NCBI GenBank assembly: GCA_030613445.1
Contig: JAUWLY010000001.1
Span: 1-36,940, forward strand
Length of the DNA stretch: 36,940 nt
Origin: Candidatus Stahliibacteriota bacterium
Lineage (GTDB): Bacteria; Hydrothermota; Tepidihabitantia; SM23-42
Direction: 5' to 3'
Both the position numbers and the translations under genes were made by a program. Shown piece by piece: positions 14,132 to 23,601 of the stretch (position 1 is the stretch's first letter; every line of letters begins with the position of its first letter). The notes beneath the pieces were generated by a model that had not been told where the DNA came from, searched no databases, and was given only the letters and a program-made list of their open reading frames with translations.

Positions 14132-15226
14132 ATGGCAATAGAATTTCATTGTAGAGAATGCGATCAAATCATTGTTATAAAATACTTAAAACCTGGTGAA
14201 CAGGCAAAGTGCCGGAATTGCGGTGCAGAAAATATTATACCCGCGGATGCCACTGAGACAGATAAAGATCCTGAATATTACAAAATACCTCCCAAATATC
14301 ACAAAACATATCCGATCGAAAAACAAAGCGATATCGTCGAAGTAGATGTGCCAAGTAAACCTCGCAAACCTTTCCCGGGTTTTTTGCAAACTTTATTGCT
14401 ATTTTTCTATTACTTTGCAGGATGTATTATTTTACTTGTCAGTATCATTATCATCGGTAAAATCATTGGTCAACCGATACATAAAGACCCCATTATTATA
14501 TTTTTTGTTGCATCTGCAGCATGGGTCCTAATCCTGTACGCTGGCTATACGAACGTGAAAGAGACTTTTAAAACAGTTTTTTCATTAAAAGCATTTAAGT
14601 GGCTGCCTTTAGTACTAATTTGCCTCATGATGCTGGGCTTACGAGGATGTGTTGTCGGAATTGGATCGATTGCCATTAAACTGAATCCCCAGATTGAAGA
14701 ATTGAGTAGAATATTGATGGAGGACCTTGTAAAAATATATGCCCAGGGATTCATATGGTCATTTTTACTCATAGTCATTATTGCTCCGATATCGGAAGAG
14801 TTGTTTTTTCGGGGTTTGCTCTTACGCGGGTATCTGAAAAGATACTCTACCCCAGCAGCGATCCTTGTCACAGCACTTTTATTTGGCCTTATGCACGTTC
14901 AATACATAACGATAATATCGGGTTTTATTTCGGGGTTATTATTAGCCTGGCTGTATCTATTAACCCGTTCCCTTTGGCCTTGCATAATAGCGCATAGTTT
15001 CACTAACCTAACTGCAATAATAGTTTTTTATGGACTGTACAACCCTGCAATATTAAATGGCGCATCAATGGATAAAAATATCCTTGCTGAACTTATACTC
15101 ATTGCAATCGGTGTCGTGATGTGCACGGTTGGTATCGGGATTTTAATCAAGACTCCCCTAAAAAAGGAATTGGATCCCCCGATCCCTTCGACATATAACT
15201 CAGGACTACAGCAAGTCGGGGGATGA
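14132..15226 (+). CDS. CPBP-family intramembrane glutamic endopeptidase (CAAX protease-like) with N-terminal zinc ribbon
   Basis: 364 aa. CRECDQ...CRNCG zinc ribbon, multiple TM helices, and CPBP motifs SEELFFRG, FGLMHV and IAHSFTN. The last ~20 codons are homologous to an intergenic repeat (see findings). Confidence 0.8.
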   Translation: MAIEFHCRECDQIIVIKYLKPGEQAKCRNCGAENIIPADATETDKDPEYYKIPPKYHKTYPIEKQSDIVEVDVPSKPRKPFPGFLQTLLLFFYYFAGCIILLVSIIIIGKIIGQPIHKDPIIIFFVASAAWVLILYAGYTNVKETFKTVFSLKAFKWLPLVLICLMMLGLRGCVVGIGSIAIKLNPQIEELSRILMEDLVKIYAQGFIWSFLLIVIIAPISEELFFRGLLLRGYLKRYSTPAAILVTALLFGLMHVQYITIISGFISGLLLAWLYLLTRSLWPCIIAHSFTNLTAIIVFYGLYNPAILNGASMDKNILAELILIAIGVVMCTVGIGILIKTPLKKELDPPIPSTYNSGLQQVGG

Positions 15227-15333
15227 CAGTACCTGCAAGTCCCCCTGATTGACTCCCGCTGCGCGGCGAGTGATTACGTAATTAGTAATTGAGTAACTGG
15301 GTAATTAAATAAACACCCTCACCCACTCACCGG

Positions 15334-15407
15334 CAGATGTTAGATACCAGACCAGAGAGATTCTAGATACTAGATGCTCGATGCTAGTAAAAGACCTGGC
15401 ACCCGTG
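15334..15407 (+). repeat. heptamer micro-array module (WGATRCT units)
   Basis: CAGATGTTAGATACCAGACCAGAGAGATTCTAGATACTAGATGCTCGATGCTAGTAAAAGACCTGGCACCCGTG. Related copies at 17878, 23602, 26401 and 34625/34731. Confidence 0.8.
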
Positions 15408-15435
15408 CAAAATGCGTCATTGGGGTTACCCACAA

Positions 15436-15542
15436 CAGCAGATGCTTGATACTAGAATGAGTTGTGAGGGTCAGGTCTTGACCCCGTACGATTAACATTC
15501 TACGGGGCAGGCTTAGAGACATAAGGATTGAAGCGTAGGGCG
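15436..15542 (+). repeat. 107-bp repeat, copy 1 (pairs with 24611..24717)
   Basis: CAGCAGATGCTTGATACTAGAATGAGTTGTGAGGGTCAGGTCTTGACCCCGTACGATTAACATTCTACGGGGCAGGCTTAGAGACATAAGGATTGAAGCGTAGGGCG differs from 24611..24717 at only a handful of positions. Confidence 0.9.
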
Positions 15543-15601
15543 AAGACGGTATTGCGTATAGCCTAAAATATCGGAAAATTTCGATTCCCCGATTTATCGT
15601 G

Positions 15602-15629
15602 TTGACTACGAATGAATTCTCACTATATT
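15602..15629 (+). promoter_or_regulatory. promoter for the LVIVD gene
   Basis: TTGACT (15602-15607), 16 nt, TATATT (15624-15629), then GGAGG (15639-15643) and ATG 15648. The ORF-track ATG at 15612 lies between -35 and -10 and is rejected. Confidence 0.65.
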
Positions 15630-15647
15630 AATAGTAGCGGAGGATAT

Positions 15648-17822
15648 ATGAAAATTATAAAATTTGTATCGTTTTTTATACTACTGGGTAGTATGCTGTA
15701 CTCAGAACAAGCGGTTCTGCCTTATGACTATGAAATAAACTCACCGTGGTTTGATTCGCTCAATATCACTTTTACTGGCAACTGGCCATTCGCAACTGCG
15801 AGCGCAGTTGCTTGTGATTCGGCCAGAAATCTGTCGTTTTGCGGCGCTGGTGGTGGTGTCTATATCCTTGATGTGACAAACCCTTCAAATCCATCAAAGC
15901 TCACTGAATCGCTCCACACCCGCGGGATCGCAGAAGACGTTTTCTACGATGTGAACACTCAAAGACTCTATGTCGCGGATAAACAGGTAGGCATTGAGAT
16001 TTGGGATCTTGCCAATCCTTCAAATCCTGTAATGCTCGGCGGCTATGATACACCTGGTAATGCATATGGTATTTTGGTCGTTGATACATTTGCCTATGTC
16101 TGTGATTATAACTTTGGTTTGCGAATCATCAGCGTTTCAGATCCAGCCAACATTTATGAAATTGGCTCTTATGATACTCCACATCTCGCACGTTGTGTTG
16201 TTGTTATCGACACGCTTGCCTATGTTGCCGATGAAAATGCGGGCTTGCGTGTCATTAATGTGTCTGACCCGTCCAACCCCTCTGAGATCGGTTCATACGA
16301 TACTCCGGGGCAATCCCGCGGTGTCGCGGTAATCGATACGCTTGCCTATATTGCAGATGGCTATGAAGGGTTATGCATTGTGAATGTCGCTGACCCAACA
16401 AATCCGACCCTGGTCGGTTCCAATAATACAGCGGGCTATTCGTACGGTATCTTTGTTGTCGACACACTTGCTTATGTAGCGGATTGGCAAGAGGTGCGCA
16501 TCTTCAATGTTGCTAATCCCGCAAATCCCGTTGAAATAGGTAATTATCTCACGCCCGGATATGCGCGTGATATCGTACTCGTTGGACAGATAGCTTATGT
16601 TGCCGATGATAGAGGCGGTGAGCGGATACTGAATGTCAGCGACCCAACCAATCCCACGGAGATCGGGTACTTTGAAACGCCCGGTTACGCGCTCGATGTG
16701 GTTCTCAATGATACGCTTGCTTATATTGGCGATGGAGGTGCAGGTTTACGCATACTCAATATATCGAACCTGACCAATGCGTACGAGGCCGGGTTTTATG
16801 ACACGCCGGGCAATGCATCTGCGCTCTTCTTTGCTGATCCGCTCATCTATGTTGCCGACGGTGATTCCCTGCTCATATTTGATGTTACTGACCCGACCAA
16901 TCCTGTTGAGATCGGTGCATATGGCACGCCTGGTCTAGCACAGGGCGTTGTCGTGATTGATACGTTATGCTTTGTCGTAGACTGGGGAGCATTGCGCATT
17001 TTCAGTATCTCAGACCCAAGCAATCCATTCCAGATCGGTTTTTGCAACACGATCGGTAATGCCGAAGATGTAGCGATCAAAGACACATTCGCCTATGTCG
17101 CAGACGGGCATGCCCACGGCACTGGCCTGCAAATAATCAATATCGTTGACCTGGCAAACCCCTTTGTTGTAGGTTCTTACGACTGCTGGCCTGGCTGGGC
17201 GCGCGACGTGGTGGTTATTGATTCAATTGTGTATCTTGCCAATGCCGGGGAATTGCTCGTATTCAATGTTATCGACCCGACAAACCCGCAATTGATCGGC
17301 ACCTACGCAGCGACCGGTGCGGTAAATGGTCTTGTGATAGTCGACACGCTTGCGTATGTTGCGGTTGGCACCTCGGTGCGTTTAGTTAATATTGCAAACC
17401 CCTCAAACCCATTTGAGGTGGGATTCTATGACACGCCGTCAAGCACCCATAATGTTGCAGTCGCTGGTGCTCATATTTTTCTTGCGGCGTATCATTCAGG
17501 AATGCAAATATATGAGAATTTACTGACAAGCGTGAGCGAAAAAAATGCGAATTCAGCGGACATTCATAGTATACAACTGATGCAAAACCCAATAGTGAAT
17601 GATAGAATTAACCTGAGACTACACATACCATATAAAACCTCACTCAGTTTTAGTTTATGTAATGTACTTGGTCAAGCAGTACAGAACCAAGCCAAGTCCT
17701 ATTATGATTCAGGCGTCTATGATATGGTTATCCCGGTGAATACCTTACCAGCGGGCGTCTATTTTCTTACTTTAAAAGGATTGCCTCAGTATCGTACGAT
17801 CAAGGTGATTATTGCAAGATAG
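15648..17822 (+). CDS. LVIVD-repeat beta-propeller protein with T9SS C-terminal sorting domain
   Basis: About 15 tandem ~43-aa units (DTLAYVAD...GLRIINVSDPSNP.EIGSYDTPG.A.GV.V). Signal peptide MKIIKFVSFFILLGSMLYS. CTD LMQNPIVNDRINLRL...AGVYFLTLKG...IKVIIAR. Confidence 0.85.
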   Translation: MKIIKFVSFFILLGSMLYSEQAVLPYDYEINSPWFDSLNITFTGNWPFATASAVACDSARNLSFCGAGGGVYILDVTNPSNPSKLTESLHTRGIAEDVFYDVNTQRLYVADKQVGIEIWDLANPSNPVMLGGYDTPGNAYGILVVDTFAYVCDYNFGLRIISVSDPANIYEIGSYDTPHLARCVVVIDTLAYVADENAGLRVINVSDPSNPSEIGSYDTPGQSRGVAVIDTLAYIADGYEGLCIVNVADPTNPTLVGSNNTAGYSYGIFVVDTLAYVADWQEVRIFNVANPANPVEIGNYLTPGYARDIVLVGQIAYVADDRGGERILNVSDPTNPTEIGYFETPGYALDVVLNDTLAYIGDGGAGLRILNISNLTNAYEAGFYDTPGNASALFFADPLIYVADGDSLLIFDVTDPTNPVEIGAYGTPGLAQGVVVIDTLCFVVDWGALRIFSISDPSNPFQIGFCNTIGNAEDVAIKDTFAYVADGHAHGTGLQIINIVDLANPFVVGSYDCWPGWARDVVVIDSIVYLANAGELLVFNVIDPTNPQLIGTYAATGAVNGLVIVDTLAYVAVGTSVRLVNIANPSNPFEVGFYDTPSSTHNVAVAGAHIFLAAYHSGMQIYENLLTSVSEKNANSADIHSIQLMQNPIVNDRINLRLHIPYKTSLSFSLCNVLGQAVQNQAKSYYDSGVYDMVIPVNTLPAGVYFLTLKGLPQYRTIKVIIAR

Positions 17823-17877
17823 TCCGGCGCCGCGACACAAGTGAACAGGTGAACACCTGGTACTCGTACCCATAACG

Positions 17878-17944
17878 ACAGATGATAGATACTAGATGCT
17901 TGATGCTAGTAAAAGAACTGGATTCCCGTTTTCACGGGAATGAC
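17878..17944 (+). repeat. heptamer array plus H2 hairpin module
   Basis: CAGATGATAGATACTAGATGCTTGATGCTAGTAAAAGAACTGGATTCCCG-TTTTCA-CGGGAATGAC. The 7-bp stem is at 17922-17941. Confidence 0.8.
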
Positions 17945-17975
17945 TGCATACTGAAACCGTGTTGCGTGGGACCTC

Positions 17976-18003
17976 TTGACTTTAATACACTGGTAGATAA
18001 TAA
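17976..18003 (+). promoter_or_regulatory. promoter for 18037..18765
   Basis: TCTTGACT (-35 at 17976-17981), 16 nt, TAATAA (17998-18003). Confidence 0.55.
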
Positions 18004-18036
18004 TAATAACAGTATTAAATGAATAGGAGGTTTTTT

Positions 18037-18765
18037 ATGTTAGCTAAGAAATATTTACTAATAATCATGTTGGCTTTAATAGGTATTGCTCTTGTTTTCA
18101 CCTCTCCTTTGTATGCGGAAGAAAATCAAGATAACTGGACCAAGATATTTAATGTAGAAAAGACGCGCTTTCATCACACAGGCAGTAATCCATATTTCAA
18201 GCTGGAACCAGGTTATTATCTCATTCTTAATGGACAAGATGGTGAACAAAGGATAAAACTCATTGTAGCTGTACTCTTTGAAACAAAAATGATTGATGGG
18301 GTTGAAACCAGAATGGTTGAGGAAAAAGAGTTTCACAATGGGATGCTGGCAGAAATATCAAGAAATTTCTTTGCGATAAATACCGTGACAAACAGTATCT
18401 ATTACTTTGGCGAAGAAGTTGACATATACAAAGACGGCAAAGTCGTAAATCATGAAGGTGCGTGGGAATCAGGTGTAGATGGAGCGCACTTTGGATTAAT
18501 GATGCCGGGCGTTGTATTACTGGGTGCTAAGTATTATCAGGAGACCGCTCCAGACATTGCCATGGATAGAGCTGAAATAATCAGTATGACAGAAACTGTC
18601 GAGACACCATTAGAAACATTCTCGAATTGTTTAAAAATTGAAGAAACTACTCCTCTGGAGCCAGGAGCAAAGGAGTATAAATATTTTCGTGCTGGAGTCG
18701 GACTTGTAAAAGACGGACCGCTTGATTTAACAGAAAAAGGAACGGTAAAAGACAGTCGACGGTAG
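18037..18765 (+). CDS. secreted protein, function unknown
   Basis: ORF 18019..18765. ATG 18037 is preferred: AGGAGG at 18025-18030 with a 6-nt spacer, and the product begins MLAKKYLLIIMLALIGIALVFTSPLYA (signal peptide). No family recognised. Confidence 0.65.
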   Translation: MLAKKYLLIIMLALIGIALVFTSPLYAEENQDNWTKIFNVEKTRFHHTGSNPYFKLEPGYYLILNGQDGEQRIKLIVAVLFETKMIDGVETRMVEEKEFHNGMLAEISRNFFAINTVTNSIYYFGEEVDIYKDGKVVNHEGAWESGVDGAHFGLMMPGVVLLGAKYYQETAPDIAMDRAEIISMTETVETPLETFSNCLKIEETTPLEPGAKEYKYFRAGVGLVKDGPLDLTEKGTVKDSRR

Positions 18766-18897
18766 ACCGTAAATAGAGAGAAGAGCGTTGAGCGTAGGGC
18801 GTCCCGCTTCGCGGGAAGAACCAAGATAAATGTCAAAAGGAAGAAGTTCAAAGATCAAGAGTGAAATAAACGAGAAAAATCAACACACTGAACCTTC

Positions 18898-18927
18898 TTG
18901 ACATAGATGGTTTTTATGTTGTATAAC
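18898..18927 (+). promoter_or_regulatory. promoter for 18944..19435
   Basis: TCTTGACA (-35 at 18898-18903), 18 nt, TATAAC (18922-18927), then AAGGAGGAAGA-ATG. Confidence 0.55.
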
Positions 18928-18943
18928 AAAAAAAGGAGGAAGA

Positions 18944-19435
18944 ATGAAGAAAGTCGTGACAATCCTTGTGATGTTGTTTATTATTTCACCTTTGTTTGCA
19001 AAAGCGGCAAAAAGGCCATTGATTGAACTCGGACCAAAAGGCACACTTTACATCAATGGTGGAGTTGATTTCGGTCTTGGTGTTGAAGTTGTGATTAATC
19101 CATTGGAAAATGTTGGTTTCAGGGTCAATCTAACTGAAATCATTTTTGATCCCACGACATTCTATTTTAATCGTGATGGTTCAATTGATGCGTTCATATA
19201 TATCCCATTACAGAACATGCAATTGTATGCACTTGTAGGTGTTGGCTTGAAAACTCACGATACAGGAACTGGTACACAAACACATTATTCAATTAGCGGC
19301 GGGTTAGGTTTGAATTATCCCTTAAATCCAAAAACAAGTCTTTTTGCCGAACCTGCAGTTATCATTTCAGGTAACGGCGACACTGATGTATCATTTCGTG
19401 TATCTGCAGGAGCAAGGTTCCGCATTATTAAGTAA
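18944..19435 (+). CDS. small outer-membrane beta-barrel-like protein
   Basis: 163 aa. Signal peptide MKKVVTILVMLFIISPLFAKA. Alternating hydrophobic beta-strand pattern with G-rich turns (GVGLKT, GGLGLNY, SAGARFRI). Family not verified. Confidence 0.5.
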   Translation: MKKVVTILVMLFIISPLFAKAAKRPLIELGPKGTLYINGGVDFGLGVEVVINPLENVGFRVNLTEIIFDPTTFYFNRDGSIDAFIYIPLQNMQLYALVGVGLKTHDTGTGTQTHYSISGGLGLNYPLNPKTSLFAEPAVIISGNGDTDVSFRVSAGARFRIIK

Positions 19436-19485
19436 GAGAAAAGACAGTAAGCAGTAGAGCGTAAACAGGACACGCGGCGAAGGGG

Positions 19486-21441
19486 TTAACGAATTTTGAT
19501 TATTTTCTTTGTTATTACGCCGTCAATTTCTATGAAGTAGACACCTGGTGCGGGGTTGGAGGTGTGCACCTGGCGTCCGGTGATATCGAAGATCTTGTAT
19601 GTTTTGTCTTCAGGCAGTTGCAGTGGTCCAACAACAATCGTGGCAGTAATCGGTTTTTCTTGCACTGGTTTTGCAATAACCTCTTTGACACCTGGTACAC
19701 CATCAAATAATTCATTCCATGAATACCACTGCTTTACCTGAGTGTGAGCTGCTCTATAACAGCGCGCATAGCTTACACCAACGCAGGGCCAATCAGGATT
19801 CTCAATGGCAACGTTCGGACGAATCACCATGGAGCGGTAGGTACAACCGCCGGATCCAAAATCATACGTGATTGCCACGGAATTTGCTATCCTCATGATG
19901 CGCTGGGTAGTCAAATGATAATCTGCATTGAGCGAATCAGCAATTCGTTGGTATCGCCAGCAGCTAATCGGTGGATAGAGCAGGCGGTGATGGTTGGTCA
20001 CGGCAAGATTCCAGGATGAGCTAATTGGTGGCGGAATATAGTTATGCGACACGAAACGCATAGTATCCGCAATATGATTGATCTCAAGAATTGCCGCTGG
20101 GACAGGATGTGCGGCATCATATGATGAGTAACAATGAATATCATTCGAACGCCCATGTTCGGAGTGGATTTTCATTGAATCTATATCATAAATATCATGC
20201 ACACCACTGGCATCCGGGTCTATCAACTCAATGGCAAAGCGGCTCGATAAATAATCACCGAGTAAGGAATTGGGAGGTATAGAGTTCGTGTCAGGATGAT
20301 TACCTGTATTCTGGCCCAACCCAACACCACTTTCATTAAGACATGAGGATGCGCCAAAAACACCTGCCATGGTCACATTAAAGAACCGTTGCTCATTAGG
20401 ATCGCTGGATGAATAGGCAATGATCAAAGAAACATTTGCTAGTGTCGTATATAAACCCATCCGGCCATCGACATTTCGGGCAATGATGAATCCACCCTGT
20501 AAGGTATCGTCATTAGCGGTTGATTGTCCCCAACCAGAAAGACTTGAACAACCAAAAGTGGTCGTATCACCGCCCCCAGTTATCGCAAGCAAATCCTCTG
20601 TTGTCAAATCTCTGGCCAGAGTAGGATGATAAAGGCTTACTCCTTTAGCAGGTATGCCATCTATTACACCCTGTGCTTCATCCTGAAATTTTTGTGGCAC
20701 ATAATACTTTTCGCGGAACCAGGGAAGGTAGTCATTCTCATAGGAAGTTGGTGTTATTGCATGGTAGCTGGTATTTCCAATCCACTTATGGATATACACT
20801 GCCATTATTTCTTCAGCAAGTAAATAGCCATGGGCAAAACCCATTTCATAATTAGAGCCCCAGACCTGCAAATATTTTTGCGACGGCGGTCCTTTGGTGC
20901 GGAGCCGACCATTGCATACAACTGGTTGTGATGTAATGTCAGGAAGCGTGATATCATCAAGCCCGATACCTGCCTGTAAAGGTATGCGGCGTATTCTGAA
21001 GGCGATATACACTGGAGTCCCGGAGTAGCTGGACAATGAAACGGTCCGCTCGGTCCACGTTGAATCAGTAAGCAAAAATGTCTGCACAACATTGAAAGTC
21101 GGCATTTGGGGTGTTGAAGCGGTCGATACCATGATATCAAGTGAGCATGGGGTCGTACTTGTTGCTACGTACCAGAACCGAACTAATGTATCACTGAACT
21201 GAGGCAGGACACGCGGTGTGATCAGATAATCCAGGTTGGTATGGGAAAGTCCAGTATATGTTGTGTCATAGTAGCACGTTGCGGCATATACACCAGAATG
21301 TCCCTGGCACAGAGTGCGATACCACACAGCATCCAGAGCATCCTCATTAACGATAATCCAATTATCCGGAGGGAAATAGTTCTGTGTTTCAAAGGTTTCG
21401 GTCCAGGTACTGCAAAGGATCAAGGTCAGTATTGTTATCAT
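19486..21441 (-). CDS. T9SS-sorted protein: choice-of-anchor-J-like N-domain plus C45-like Ntn-hydrolase domain (paralog 1)
   Basis: 651 aa. VWGSNYEMGFAHGYLLAEEI and FGCSSLSGWG...GGFIIARNVDG resemble peptidase C45 / isopenicillin-N acyltransferase-like motifs (G.xYE.G..HG; GC[ST][ST]...RN.D). CTD KIFDITGRQV...PGVYFIEIDG...KKIIKIR. Confidence 0.7.
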   Translation of the reverse strand: MITILTLILCSTWTETFETQNYFPPDNWIIVNEDALDAVWYRTLCQGHSGVYAATCYYDTTYTGLSHTNLDYLITPRVLPQFSDTLVRFWYVATSTTPCSLDIMVSTASTPQMPTFNVVQTFLLTDSTWTERTVSLSSYSGTPVYIAFRIRRIPLQAGIGLDDITLPDITSQPVVCNGRLRTKGPPSQKYLQVWGSNYEMGFAHGYLLAEEIMAVYIHKWIGNTSYHAITPTSYENDYLPWFREKYYVPQKFQDEAQGVIDGIPAKGVSLYHPTLARDLTTEDLLAITGGGDTTTFGCSSLSGWGQSTANDDTLQGGFIIARNVDGRMGLYTTLANVSLIIAYSSSDPNEQRFFNVTMAGVFGASSCLNESGVGLGQNTGNHPDTNSIPPNSLLGDYLSSRFAIELIDPDASGVHDIYDIDSMKIHSEHGRSNDIHCYSSYDAAHPVPAAILEINHIADTMRFVSHNYIPPPISSSWNLAVTNHHRLLYPPISCWRYQRIADSLNADYHLTTQRIMRIANSVAITYDFGSGGCTYRSMVIRPNVAIENPDWPCVGVSYARCYRAAHTQVKQWYSWNELFDGVPGVKEVIAKPVQEKPITATIVVGPLQLPEDKTYKIFDITGRQVHTSNPAPGVYFIEIDGVITKKIIKIR

Positions 21442-21457
21442 AGGATATCCAGTTTTT

Positions 21458-21486
21458 AATTATGTCTCTAGGGGAGGGGATGTCAA
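21458..21486 (-). promoter_or_regulatory. promoter for 19486..21441
   Basis: Minus strand: CCTTGACA (-35 at 21486-21481), 17 nt, ATAATT (21463-21458). Confidence 0.65.
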
Positions 21487-21584
21487 GGGACCGCTAAAGC
21501 TGGAGTATGGAAGTTACAGAGTATCGGAGATACGGAGAAACACAAAAAAGAATAGTCCTTGGTCATTTTTGAAATATTGAATAA

Positions 21585-23540
21585 TTATCTTATTTTAATA
21601 ACTTTTTGAATTATCTGCCCGTCGATCTCTATGAAATAGATCCCTGGTGCGGGGTTATGGGTGTGCACCTGGCGCCCGGTGATATCATAGATCTTGTAAA
21701 TACCATCTTTTGGCATTTGTAATGGTCCGGATACAATAGTCGCCATGGGCATAGTTTTCTTTATAGGTTTCTGAACCACTTCTGCGACGCCTGGCACCCC
21801 GTCAAATAATTCATTCCAGGAATACCATACTTTACCCTGGGTATGGGCGGCTCTATAGCAGCGTGCGTAACTAACGCCAACACATGGCCAGTCTGGATGC
21901 TCGATTGCTATATTCGGACGTATAACCACGGAATGATAGGTACCACCACTCGTGCCTGAATTGTAACCTCGTGCAACCGTGTTGGCGATTGTCATTGCCC
22001 GCTGTGTGCTCAAATGAAAATCTGCGTTGAGCGAATCAGCGAGACGCAGGTAACGCGAGCAAAAAACCGGCGCGTAAAGCAAGCGGTCATGATTTGTTAC
22101 TGCGAGGTTCCATGCTGAGTTTATGGGTGGTGGTATGTAATTATGCGAAGCAAATCGCAGCGTGTCAGCAATATTATTGATTTCAAGAACCGCGCCTGGG
22201 ATGGGATGGGGTGCATCATAAGAAGAATAACAATGAATATCATTTGAACGTATATGCTCGGAATGGATTTTCATCGAATCGATATCGTAAATATCATTCA
22301 CACCGCTGCCATCCGGGTCTATCGCTTCAATTGCCAGCCGGTTCGCTAAAAGAGCACCAAGCAGCGAGTTCGGTGGTATCGCATTTGTGTCCGGATGATT
22401 ACCAGAATTGCTGCATAATCCTACTCCGTGCTCATTAAGACACGAAAAGACACCGAATACTCCGGCAAAGCTTACATTAAAAAATCTCTGCTCATTGGGA
22501 TCACTCGGCGAATAAGCAATTATCAGCGAACCATTGGCAAGAGTCATGTAAAGGCCAACTGTTCCATCGACGTTTCTTGCAATTATATAACCGCCCTGCA
22601 GGGTATCGTCACTGCTCGTTGATTCGCCCCATCCGGATAGACTCGAGCATTCAAAATCCTCTTCGTCGCCGGCGCCAGTCAATACGAGTATATCCTCGGC
22701 GATCAAATCCCTGTCCAGAGCCGGGTGATAAAGACTCACACCTTTAGCCGCAATACCGTCAATTACACCCTGGCCTTCTTCCTGAAATTTTGCCGGGATA
22801 TAGTACTTTTCGCGATACATAGGAAGATAAGTATATTCATAATACTCTGGGGTTACCGAATGATAGCTGGTATATCCTATCCATTTGTTTAGGTATACAC
22901 TCATGACCTCTGAAGCATGCAAATAGCCATGAGCAAAACCCATTTCATAATTAGAACCCCAGACCTGCATGTATCTTTGCGATGGTGGTCCTTTGGTGCG
23001 GAGCCGACCATTGCATACAACAGGCTGTGATGTAATATCAGGAAGTGTGATATCATCAATCCCGATAGCTGCCTGCAAAGGTATGCGGCGTATTCTGAAG
23101 GCAATATAGATCGGCGTCCCGGTGTAGCTAGATAATGAAACGGTCAGCTCGGTCCATGCTGAATCAGCAAGCAAGAATGTCTGGACACTACTGAACGTCG
23201 TCATGTCGGGTATTGATGCGGTCGATACCATGATATCAAGCGAGCATGGAAAGGTACTTGTTGCCATGCACCAGAACTGAACTAATGTATCACTGGACTG
23301 AGGCAGGACACGCGGTGTGATCAGATAATCCAGGTTCGTATGGGAAAGTCCACTATATGTTGTATCATAGTAGCATGTTGCAGCATACACACCAGAATGT
23401 CCCTGGCACAGACTGCGATACCACACAGCGTCTAGTGCGTCCTCGTTGACTACAAGCCAGTTATCCGGCGGAAAATAATTTTGTGTTTCAAAGGTTTCGG
23501 TCCAGGCACTGCAAAGGATCAAGGTCAGTATTGTTATCAT
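21585..23540 (-). CDS. T9SS-sorted choice-of-anchor-J-like plus C45-like Ntn-hydrolase protein (paralog 2)
   Basis: ORF 21585..23594 trimmed to ATG 23540 (MITILTLILCSAW...), the same N-terminus as paralog 1. The extension would start inside the promoter (23559-23587). Collinear with 19486..21441 and clearly paralogous (high identity by eye). Confidence 0.7.
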   Translation of the reverse strand: MITILTLILCSAWTETFETQNYFPPDNWLVVNEDALDAVWYRSLCQGHSGVYAATCYYDTTYSGLSHTNLDYLITPRVLPQSSDTLVQFWCMATSTFPCSLDIMVSTASIPDMTTFSSVQTFLLADSAWTELTVSLSSYTGTPIYIAFRIRRIPLQAAIGIDDITLPDITSQPVVCNGRLRTKGPPSQRYMQVWGSNYEMGFAHGYLHASEVMSVYLNKWIGYTSYHSVTPEYYEYTYLPMYREKYYIPAKFQEEGQGVIDGIAAKGVSLYHPALDRDLIAEDILVLTGAGDEEDFECSSLSGWGESTSSDDTLQGGYIIARNVDGTVGLYMTLANGSLIIAYSPSDPNEQRFFNVSFAGVFGVFSCLNEHGVGLCSNSGNHPDTNAIPPNSLLGALLANRLAIEAIDPDGSGVNDIYDIDSMKIHSEHIRSNDIHCYSSYDAPHPIPGAVLEINNIADTLRFASHNYIPPPINSAWNLAVTNHDRLLYAPVFCSRYLRLADSLNADFHLSTQRAMTIANTVARGYNSGTSGGTYHSVVIRPNIAIEHPDWPCVGVSYARCYRAAHTQGKVWYSWNELFDGVPGVAEVVQKPIKKTMPMATIVSGPLQMPKDGIYKIYDITGRQVHTHNPAPGIYFIEIDGQIIQKVIKIR

Positions 23541-23558
23541 AGAAATCTCCAGTATGTA

Positions 23559-23587
23559 AATTATGGTCCTATTGGATGAAATGTCAA
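23559..23587 (-). promoter_or_regulatory. promoter for 21585..23540
   Basis: Minus strand: CCTTGACA (-35 at 23587-23582), 17 nt, ATAATT (23564-23559). Same layout as the paralog's promoter. Confidence 0.65.
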
Positions 23588-23601
23588 GGGACACAAAACG
23601 A

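Noticed and set aside
19486-23540. Diversity-generating retroelement acting on the tandem paralogs.
   Set aside because: There is no reverse transcriptase and no template repeat. The differences are not confined to adenine-templated positions or to one C-terminal variable region.
23541-23594. N-terminal extensions offered by the ORF track: 468-557, 15612-15647, 18019-18036, 23541-23594, 23808-23825, 34510-34530.
   Set aside because: The extended starts lie inside or upstream of the predicted -35/-10 elements, or lack an RBS. The internal ATGs have AGGAGG-type RBSs and begin proper signal peptides. For the tandem paralogs the shorter start gives identical N-termini.
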